Positions 53,470 to 61,001 of a DNA stretch of 64,000 bases are shown here, in pieces. Source of the stretch: Gammaproteobacteria bacterium. Lineage in GTDB: Bacteria; Pseudomonadota; Gammaproteobacteria; Eutrophobiales; Eutrophobiaceae. How positions within the stretch are numbered: position 1 is the stretch's first letter; the number at the start of each line of letters is the position of its first letter. Location of the stretch: the NCBI GenBank assembly GCA_965222155.1, contig CBDCTH010000012.1:2016001-2080000 (forward strand). Reading direction: 5' to 3'. The notes under the pieces were generated by a model that was given only the letters and a program-made list of their open reading frames with translations, did not search any database and had not been told where the DNA came from. The translations under genes and the position numbers were made by a program.

Positions 53470-53613
53470 TACCCGGTGCCGTGGGCACGGAAGAAACGAT
53501 GGATTTTTATGATGTGCCGGTGGTCAAAGCGGGCCAGTGTCTGCGCTTCATTGGGAAATCGCTCCAACCCCCATTCGCAATCGGCTTTGTCCTATTTGGA
53601 TTTGGGGAGCGTA
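53470..53613 (-). pseudogene. Ser/Thr kinase N-lobe, second fragment
   Basis: EWGLERFPNEAQTLARFDHRHIIKIHRFFRAHGTGY, with an in-frame stop just upstream. Confidence 0.75.
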
Positions 53614-53676
53614 CTGCCTCGAATCCGGCCAAGGAGCCTTGTTGCTCCACTCTTGAATATATGAGGTCGGGATCAA
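53614..53676 (-). pseudogene. AbiEii toxin 5' remnant (about 21 codons)
   Basis: TTG overlapping the abiEi stop: MIPTSYIQEWSNKAPWPDSRQ, resembling AbiEii N-termini. Confidence 0.6.
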
Positions 53677-54497
53677 AAGTCTATCTCCACGGGTTCATTT
53701 ATCACGAGTGCCCACTTGGCGTCTTTTTCGGGTTCATACAACTCGCCAAACGCTTCAGGCATCGGTTTAACAGACGGGTCCAGGGGCTTCATGGATTTAG
53801 CCTTCTTTACGAACGATTCCAGCGCCTTAGCCTGGCTTACATGACCGGTATGTTCCAGCAGGTACCCAAGTCGGCGCACCGTTGAGTTCTCGTATGCCAG
53901 GGCGATTTTCGCAAGCTTGCGCGGGTCGGCGTCAGCGCCGAGGTGTTTTGCAATCTGGGCCACTCCATTGATGCCGGCAGCTTTGTGAAAATAGCGTACG
54001 CAATCCAGAAGAGTCAGTTCCACACCAGCTACTTTGGCGAAGCCCGCCTCGCTTTTTATTTGCGAAAGCCATTCGGACGTATTGGTTCTAACAAAGACCG
54101 ACGAGTCCTGGTAGATGAATTGAAGTCGTTGACGGCCTATATCGAACGGACGAAACTGCCTTGGTGCAATCACTTGAAAGACCATGGCGGCCTGGTGCGA
54201 AGAACCATGGAAAGAAGCTGCACGCAACAAGGATATCCGATAGTCGAGACCTGAATATTTCATCAGGGGGTCGATCCAGCGCACTGGGTCCGGCACCCCA
54301 CTCACCCTATCTTCGGGTCGCAGGATCAGGTAGAAACCACGGCGGGGAGACACCAGCCGATACTTCTTGATCAATCTGGCAGCGGCGGCGATAAATGCCT
54401 CTGCACTCAGACCGAGTGATGCCAATGCTTCTTCCCGAGAGAAGTGGGCCTGGCCACGAGAAAGCAGTTCATCAAGATAATGGTTAAGGGAGGCCAT
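53673..54497 (-). CDS. abiEi: type IV TA antitoxin AbiEi family
   Basis: L.SPRRGFYLI..PE, SLLRAASFHGSSHQAAMVFQV, ELTLLD, RRLGYLLE; start set at ATG 54497. Confidence 0.85.
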   Translation of the reverse strand: MASLNHYLDELLSRGQAHFSREEALASLGLSAEAFIAAAARLIKKYRLVSPRRGFYLILRPEDRVSGVPDPVRWIDPLMKYSGLDYRISLLRAASFHGSSHQAAMVFQVIAPRQFRPFDIGRQRLQFIYQDSSVFVRTNTSEWLSQIKSEAGFAKVAGVELTLLDCVRYFHKAAGINGVAQIAKHLGADADPRKLAKIALAYENSTVRRLGYLLEHTGHVSQAKALESFVKKAKSMKPLDPSVKPMPEAFGELYEPEKDAKWALVINEPVEIDF

Positions 54498-54498
54498 A

Positions 54499-54553
54499 CC
54501 CCGATTATATGCGAAATACGACGGAAATAAAAGATTTTTGCATATAATCGGGG
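54499..54553 (-). promoter_or_regulatory. abiE promoter/operator inverted repeat
   Basis: 14-bp perfect IR CCCCGATTATATGC / GCATATAATCGGGG containing TATAAT just before the ATG. Confidence 0.65.
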
Positions 54554-54555
54554 GT

Positions 54556-54717
54556 GTCGTTGGGCAGGTACTCCTTGATGGCCACGGCCTTATCAAGGTG
54601 ATGGTCATAGCCCAGGTAGGTAATCCCGAAGCCGCCGCCCAGGACACGCACCAGTTCATATTCCTGGATGCGACAACCCGGGGGCAGGGCATGGAGATGG
54701 TCGGTTATGAATGACAA
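54556..54717 (-). pseudogene. Ser/Thr kinase N-lobe, first fragment
   Basis: ALPPG.RIQEYELVRVLGGGFGITYLG..VAIKEYLPND. Confidence 0.8.
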
Positions 54718-54789
54718 TTAATTCTTATCATGAAGGCGCTAATGATATAGGGAACCATCTATTAATGGTTCCTCGTAGTAGTGAAAACT

Positions 54790-55086
54790 TCAGGCTGAGG
54801 CGGTACGATCAATTCGCTCAACTTCGATCTTGCCGACCCGCTTCAGCGCCTGGGCAAGGTTGTAGGCCGCCTGCATTCGGCACCACGTGGCCGCGCCACC
54901 GCCAAATGCTTTGTCGAGACGTATCGCCATCTCAGGTGAAATCCCCGAACGACCATTCACGACGTCCGATAGCTGCTTACGACTAACCCCAAGTTTGTTT
55001 GCTGCATCTGTCACGTTGAGCCCGAGAGGCTCCAGGCAATCGTAGCGGACAGACAGACCCGGATGAGGTGGATTCTTTATCGACAC
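54790..55086 (-). CDS. higA: HigA antitoxin
   Basis: [24 protein letters not shown]. Confidence 0.92.
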   Translation of the reverse strand: MSIKNPPHPGLSVRYDCLEPLGLNVTDAANKLGVSRKQLSDVVNGRSGISPEMAIRLDKAFGGGAATWCRMQAAYNLAQALKRVGKIEVERIDRTASA

Positions 55087-55098
55087 TTTAATATCCTC

Positions 55099-55377
55099 CT
55101 AATGGTAATCGGTCAGTTCTACATCATAGACGTTGACCCCTTCAAAACGGAATACGACACGCCAGTTACCGGATACATCAACCGCCCAGTATCCCGCATA
55201 ACTACCCTTCAAGGGATGTAGCCGAAAACCTGGCAGGTCCATGTCTGCCGGTCTGGCCGCTTCGTCCAAACGTGCGAGAATTCGCTCAACTTTGTCGACG
55301 TATTCAGGCTTTATCCGTCGCCGGTCTCCCTTGTCATAGAGGAGCTTGAGACCCTTGTGGCGAAAACTGATAATCAT
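55099..55377 (-). CDS. higB: HigB (RelE-like) toxin
   Basis: MIISFRHKGLK, LHPLKG, VSGNWRVVF, DYH. Confidence 0.92.
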   Translation of the reverse strand: MIISFRHKGLKLLYDKGDRRRIKPEYVDKVERILARLDEAARPADMDLPGFRLHPLKGSYAGYWAVDVSGNWRVVFRFEGVNVYDVELTDYH

Positions 55378-55475
55378 ATCCCAGTATGCCTTGTCACATC
55401 TCAGATTACAATCCGATATAAGGGGACCCCCCAGGGCAAACGCATACTTTTGAATTCAGATGTTTTTGCCCGATT

Positions 55476-55574
55476 CCGTCATTCTGGCGCAGGCCAGAAT
55501 CCAGTGAATAACCCTTCATTACCCTGAGCATGCGCTGTTGTTTGACTGGATGCTGGCATTCGCCAGCATGACGG
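55476..55574. repeat. GTCATTCTGGC..GAATCCAG palindromic element
   Basis: Same architecture as 12503-12641. Confidence 0.7.
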
Positions 55575-55801
55575 GCGGCGTTGTCCGGTTGGTTTCCTGT
55601 CATCTGCAACAGAATCCAAAAGTATGCGGCTTGACTGTTGAAAAGAAGACGGAACAAAACAGCCCCCAAACTCTCTTTCAATCCGGTTAGCGGGAGCTGC
55701 TGCCGGGAGGGCAAGGAACTGTCACTAAAAATCGAATTTGTTGTATATTGGCTGTCCTGTTATACTTGAACACTAGCTGAACTGAAAAGGAGGAAGTCGC
55801 C

Positions 55802-56450
55802 ATGGAAAATAAACTGCATCGAGAACCCGCCACATTCGAAAAAATCCGGGCTACCCTGGACCGGGTATCAGAGAAACAGGAGAAATTCGCCGCGGGGATA
55901 GAGGAGCTCAGGAGGCTCTCCAAGGAGGACAAAGAGCGGATGAAAAAGCTGGAAGAGTTGTTTACGGGTCAATGGGGCAAACTGATGGAAAGCCTGGTGG
56001 AGGGCGACCTGGTGGCCTTGCTACAGGCACGAGAGATCACTGTGGAGTGCACATATCCACGCGTGCGCGGCCAGCGCAATGGCGTCGAATACCTGGATGA
56101 AATCGCGGCGGGTGGGCCGGTGCACATATCCACGCGTGCGCGGCCAGCGCAATGGCGAGCATTACGAATTTGACATCCTGGCCGGGAATGGCGCCGAGCT
56201 GGTGGTGGTGGAAGTAAAGACCACGATGAAGGTCGGGGACGTGAGGTATTTTCTGGCGAAGCTGGATAGATTCACGCAATACCAGCCGCTCTACAAAGAC
56301 AAGCAGATCTATGGCGCGGTGGCGTATTTGAAGGCGGAGGATGCCTCAGACGTGTATGCGCAACGGCGGGGTTTGTACGTCATCCGGGCCACCGGCAGCA
56401 GCGCCAGCATCATCAACAAAGCAGACTTCCGGCCCCGGCTATTCAATTGA
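55802..56450 (+). pseudogene. coiled-coil plus PD-(D/E)xK-like protein disrupted by a 73-bp insertion
   Basis: WGKLMESLVE..EFDILA..VVVEVKTT..YGAVAY; removing 73 bp gives a single 576-nt ORF. Confidence 0.8.
56047..56157. repeat. 38-bp direct repeat / 35-bp unique spacer / 38-bp direct repeat
   Basis: GTGCACATATCCACGCGTGCGCGGCCAGCGCAATGGCG at 56047-56084 and 56120-56157. Confidence 0.9.
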
Positions 56451-56604
56451 TTGAAAATGGGGACAGATTTATTTTTAGCAGGATGTTCAACCCCACATTC
56501 AACACCTGAAAGCAAATGGCAGGCGTCAGGCGTTGACGGATGCGGGCCGGCGAGCCTTCGGTGTCAAAAAGATGGCGTCATTCCGGTATGCGCCGGACAG
56601 ACTG

Positions 56605-57222
56605 CTAATGCAAACGCCAGAGATTGACGATATTGCAGAATAGTTCGGCCGTACGTTCGGCGTCGTACAGGGCCGAATGCGCTTCTTCCTCTTCCCACTC
56701 CAGCCCCGCTGCCCTGACTGCCCGGGACAGTACGGTCTGGCCGTAGGCCAGGCCTCCCAATGTAGCCGTATCAAATGTGCTGAAGGGGTGAAAAGGATTG
56801 CGCTTCAGACCCGACCGGTTGGCTGCGGCATTGATGAAATTCAGGTCAAAGGAGGGATTGTGCCCCACCAGGATTGCACGGGTGCAGCCGTTTTCCTTCA
56901 TCATCCTTTTAACAGCCTGAAAGATTTCGCGTAATGCCTCTTTCTCGGATACGGCAATCTCTTTGCGGAACGGGTGATCAGGGTCGATACCGGTAAATTC
57001 CAGCGCCGCCTTATCCAGATTGGCTCCGGGGAAAGGTTGAATATGCTTTGAGATGGTCTCCCGATGGCGCCATACACCATCAGGTTCGACTTGCAGGAAA
57101 ACTACTGCGACCTCAAGCAAGGCATCCTCGACGGGATTGAACCCGGCCGTTTCCACATCCACAACCACGGGATAATAGCCCCTGAAACGGCCGGCGATCA
57201 CACCGTTCTTATCACTGCTCAC
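56605..57222 (-). CDS. rnt: ribonuclease T
   Basis: RFRGYYPVVVDVETAGF, NPFHPFSTFDT, AHSALYD; start set at GTG 57222. Confidence 0.96.
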   Translation of the reverse strand: MSSDKNGVIAGRFRGYYPVVVDVETAGFNPVEDALLEVAVVFLQVEPDGVWRHRETISKHIQPFPGANLDKAALEFTGIDPDHPFRKEIAVSEKEALREIFQAVKRMMKENGCTRAILVGHNPSFDLNFINAAANRSGLKRNPFHPFSTFDTATLGGLAYGQTVLSRAVRAAGLEWEEEEAHSALYDAERTAELFCNIVNLWRLH

Positions 57223-58267
57223 GAAGCAATTTCCACTGGCAGACTTTACCCGCCATGAACGGGACAAGCATAGTGTCCGCAAAGGTGATTATGTTGGGTA
57301 TACGCCAATCTTCCCGGCGCAAGGTAATCTTTTCCGTATTCAATGGTAATCCATAAAAAAGTGGCCCATTCCTGCTTGCGAATTTTTCCAGGGTGTCGAG
57401 GCTGTTTACCGCATCGAATATGGAAGCATACAACTCAATGGCTGCGTAAGCATTATAGATACCTGCGCAGCATGGCGGTTTTTCTTTTACCCGTATGCCA
57501 TGGGGGGCGCTGTCACTGCCAAGGAAAAATTTCGGGTTGCCGCCGACCGCTGCAGTCATCAGCGCCTGCCTGTGCTCCTCCCTTTTCAGCAGGGGCAGGC
57601 AGTAATGGTGCGGGTCAATCCCTCCGGAGAGCATGGCATTCCGGTTCAAAATCAGGTGATGGGGAGTAATCGTAGCGGCAATCTTTGCCGACGCGGCAGT
57701 TACGAACCGTACCGCGTCGCTGGTGGTAATATGCTCAAATACAACCCGTAGTGAACTGATATTCTCTACCAGGGGAGACAATACCCGTTCGATAAACACC
57801 TTTTCCCGGTCAAATACGTCAACATCGGCAGCCGTCACCTCGCCATGCACCAGCAGGGGAACGTCTCTTTGGGCCATGTACTCCAGTAACGGCATCACTT
57901 TGTCAATATCGGTTACACCGGAACTGGAATTTGTCGTGGCGCCCGCCGGATAGTACTTGAAGGCGCACACTTCGTCACAGTCGGCAACACGGTCCACCTC
58001 ACCTCTACCGGTATCATCGGTCAGGTACAAGGTCATCAATGGATTAAAACCGGCGTTTTCAGGCAGACAGGCAAGAATTCTTTGCCGATAATCCAGGGCC
58101 TGTTGAACGGACACGACCGGTGGAGCCAGGTTCGGCATGATCACAGCCCTGGCGAAGCGCTGGGCACTATCGCCCACTATACTGGCCAACTCTTCCCCGT
58201 CGCGCAGGTGCAGGTGAAAATCATCCGGCTTCAGCAGCGTAATCGTATCTATTGGTAGGGCTCCCAT
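57212..58267 (-). CDS. pyrC: dihydroorotase
   Basis: PDDFHLHLRDG, YPAGATTNS, FLGSDSAPH. Confidence 0.97.
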   Translation of the reverse strand: MGALPIDTITLLKPDDFHLHLRDGEELASIVGDSAQRFARAVIMPNLAPPVVSVQQALDYRQRILACLPENAGFNPLMTLYLTDDTGRGEVDRVADCDEVCAFKYYPAGATTNSSSGVTDIDKVMPLLEYMAQRDVPLLVHGEVTAADVDVFDREKVFIERVLSPLVENISSLRVVFEHITTSDAVRFVTAASAKIAATITPHHLILNRNAMLSGGIDPHHYCLPLLKREEHRQALMTAAVGGNPKFFLGSDSAPHGIRVKEKPPCCAGIYNAYAAIELYASIFDAVNSLDTLEKFASRNGPLFYGLPLNTEKITLRREDWRIPNIITFADTMLVPFMAGKVCQWKLLREQ

Positions 58268-58357
58268 GGTCAGTATTTACTATCAGGTAGGGGTAGTATC
58301 AACCAAAAATAAAAAACAGGAAACTAAAAAGTGAAATCTGATATATGATTCCGTTAC

Positions 58358-59401
58358 ATGCAATACAGGAAACTGGGACATACCGATATTGATGTCAGCG
58401 TAATCTGCCTGGGCAGCATGACCTGGGGAGAACAGAATACGCTGGCGGAAGCCCATCAACAGCTTGATTTCGCCGTGCAAAAAGGCGTTAACTTCATCGA
58501 TACCGCGGAACTTTATCCCAGCCCGATACGGGCAGATACCCAGGGAAAAACAGAAGACTACCTGGGACGTTGGCTGAGCCAACGACCGGACCGTGACAAG
58601 CTGGTCATCGCCACCAAGATGTGCCCGTCCGCATCACATATCAACTACATGCGTGGCGGAAATAACCGGCTGGATAAGCAAAACATACAGCTGGCCGTTG
58701 ACGCCAGCCTGAAACGCCTGCAAACCGACTATATCGACCTGTACCAGATACACTGGCCGGAGCGGGACACGAATTATTTCGGTCAACTGGATTACTTCCA
58801 TGCCCCTGATAAGGACGGCGTACCCATAGAGGAGACCCTCAGCGCTCTGGGTGATCTTGTACGGATTGGGAAAATCCGCTACGTCGGCGTTTCCAACGAG
58901 ACGCCCTGGGGCGTCAGTGAGTACCTCAGGTTAGCCCGGGAACTGGACCTGCCCCGGATAGTTTCCATCCAAAATCCATACAGCCTGCTGAACAGGAGCT
59001 TTGATATCGGTCTGGCGGAGTTTGCCCACCGGGAAAAAGTCGGGTTGCTGGCTTACTCGCCGCTGGGATTTGGCGTATTATCGGGGAAATATTTAAACGG
59101 AAACCGGCCCGATAGGGCGCGCCTGACCTTATTCGGCGCGCAATACAAACGATACAACAACAAAATAGCTGATGAATGCACCCGGCAATACACGGCCGTT
59201 GCCAGAGAATACGGCATTGACCCGGCGCAGATGGCGCTGGCATTCGTCAACCGGCGCCCTTTCGTTACCAGCACGATTATCGGCGCAACCTCGCCGGCAC
59301 AGCTTGAAGTGAATATCGCCAGCGTTGACCTGGAACTGGACAAGAGCATGCTGAAACAGATCGAGGAAATCCACCTGTCACAACCCAACCCCAGTCCATG
59401 A
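58358..59401 (+). CDS. tas: NADP(H)-dependent aldo-keto reductase (Tas-like)
   Basis: LGSMTWGEQN, DTAELY, YQIHWPER, SIQNPYSLLNR. Confidence 0.88.
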   Translation: MQYRKLGHTDIDVSVICLGSMTWGEQNTLAEAHQQLDFAVQKGVNFIDTAELYPSPIRADTQGKTEDYLGRWLSQRPDRDKLVIATKMCPSASHINYMRGGNNRLDKQNIQLAVDASLKRLQTDYIDLYQIHWPERDTNYFGQLDYFHAPDKDGVPIEETLSALGDLVRIGKIRYVGVSNETPWGVSEYLRLARELDLPRIVSIQNPYSLLNRSFDIGLAEFAHREKVGLLAYSPLGFGVLSGKYLNGNRPDRARLTLFGAQYKRYNNKIADECTRQYTAVAREYGIDPAQMALAFVNRRPFVTSTIIGATSPAQLEVNIASVDLELDKSMLKQIEEIHLSQPNPSP

Positions 59402-59417
59402 ACCCGGATCCCGTCGG

Positions 59418-60818
59418 ATGGAGCTAAACCACCTTACTGCAATATCTCCCATAGACGGCCGTTACGGGCCCAGGACGGCGCCTTTACGCGCCATCTTCAG
59501 TGAATATGGCCTGTTTCACAGGAGGGCGCTGGTGGAAATCCGCTGGTTGCAGGCCCTGGCAAAGCATCCGGACATTACCGGATTGTCCGAATTAAGCCCT
59601 GAGGCCGACCGTGAACTCGAAGCTATCATCCGGGATTTCTCAGCGGCTGATGCCGCCAGGATCAAGGAGATCGAAAAAACGACCAACCATGACGTAAAGG
59701 CGGTGGAATATTTCATCCGGGAAAAAATCGGGGACAACGACGAGTTGCGCTCCGCTTCCGGGTTTATTCATTTTGCCTGCACCTCGGAAGATATTAATAA
59801 CCTCAGCCAGGGTTTGATGTTGGCGGAGGCTCGGGAGCATCATTTATGCACTGACCTGGACAAGCTGATTAACGGGTTGCGCCAGCTGGCGGAACGCTGG
59901 GCAACACAATCCATGCTGGCAAGAACCCATGGCCAAGCGGCCTCCCCCACCACCCTGGGGAAAGAACTGGCCATATTTGTACACCGGCTGCTCCGCCAGC
60001 TTGATCGCTTCAACAGGATTGACATATCGGGCAAGATGAACGGCGCCGTAGGTAATTTCAATGCGCACCTGGTTGCTTATCCCGACGTTGACTGGATGGA
60101 GTGTTCACGCATGTTTGTGGCGGATCTGGGGCTGAGCCATAATCCCCATACCACTCAGATTGAATCCCACGACTACATGGCCGAATACTTTCATGCCCTC
60201 GGCCGCATCAATACGATCCTGGTTGATTTATGCCGGGATATCTGGGCTTATATTGCCCTGGATTATTTTAAGCTGAAACCGGTCGCGGGCGAGACGGGCT
60301 CGTCAACCATGCCCCACAAGGTAAATCCCATCGACTTCGAGAACGCGGAAGGCAACCTTGGAGTAGCCAACGCCCTGCTCACCTTCCTGGCGGAAAAGCT
60401 GCCCGTATCCCGCTGGCAGCGGGATCTCACTGATTCAACCACTATCAGGAACATGGGCGCGGCAATAGCGCATTGCCTCATCGCTTACCAGTCCTGCCTG
60501 AAAGGGCTGAACAAACTGGAGGCGAATACGAAACGGATCAACGCCGACCTGGAAAACAACCCTGAGGTGCTGGCAGAGGCCATACAAACGGTAATGCGTC
60601 GGCACGGCATCGAAGAACCCTACGAAAAGCTCAAGGAACTGACCCGCGGCCAACGCGTTACCCTGGCGATATTACAGGAATTCATTGCCGGACTTGACAT
60701 CCCCGCACAGGATAAAGCCGCGCTGGCCAAACTCTCTCCCAAGGACTACATCGGCAACGCCATACAACAGACGGCGCAAATTATATCCGAGGGAAAGGGG
60801 CCGAAGCCTGGTAGATAA
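59418..60818 (+). CDS. purB: adenylosuccinate lyase
   Basis: SPIDGRY, TNHDVKAVEY, GSSTMPHKVNP. Confidence 0.98.
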   Translation: MELNHLTAISPIDGRYGPRTAPLRAIFSEYGLFHRRALVEIRWLQALAKHPDITGLSELSPEADRELEAIIRDFSAADAARIKEIEKTTNHDVKAVEYFIREKIGDNDELRSASGFIHFACTSEDINNLSQGLMLAEAREHHLCTDLDKLINGLRQLAERWATQSMLARTHGQAASPTTLGKELAIFVHRLLRQLDRFNRIDISGKMNGAVGNFNAHLVAYPDVDWMECSRMFVADLGLSHNPHTTQIESHDYMAEYFHALGRINTILVDLCRDIWAYIALDYFKLKPVAGETGSSTMPHKVNPIDFENAEGNLGVANALLTFLAEKLPVSRWQRDLTDSTTIRNMGAAIAHCLIAYQSCLKGLNKLEANTKRINADLENNPEVLAEAIQTVMRRHGIEEPYEKLKELTRGQRVTLAILQEFIAGLDIPAQDKAALAKLSPKDYIGNAIQQTAQIISEGKGPKPGR

Positions 60819-61001
60819 CCATGAGTTCGACGTCTCGTCATTCTCCTGGATTATTCTACGCTGCGGCGTTCTGGATTTCTGCCCCTGCTCAACAGCATAC
60901 AGGGGTAAACTTTCGCAAATGGTAAATGGGGGATGGGAGAAACCGGAGGAATGCGCCGCGCTGACGCTTGATTTTCTGGAGAGTCTTGAAATAAACCCGT
61001 G

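Noticed and set aside
54498-54692. N-terminal extension of ORF 53673..54692
   Set aside because: Read-through of the operator and an off-frame kinase fragment; AbiEi similarity starts at ATG 54497
56047-56157. Annotation as a functional CRISPR array
   Set aside because: Only two repeats, the repeat is coding sequence, and there is no leader or cas gene; kept only as a possible off-target integration scar
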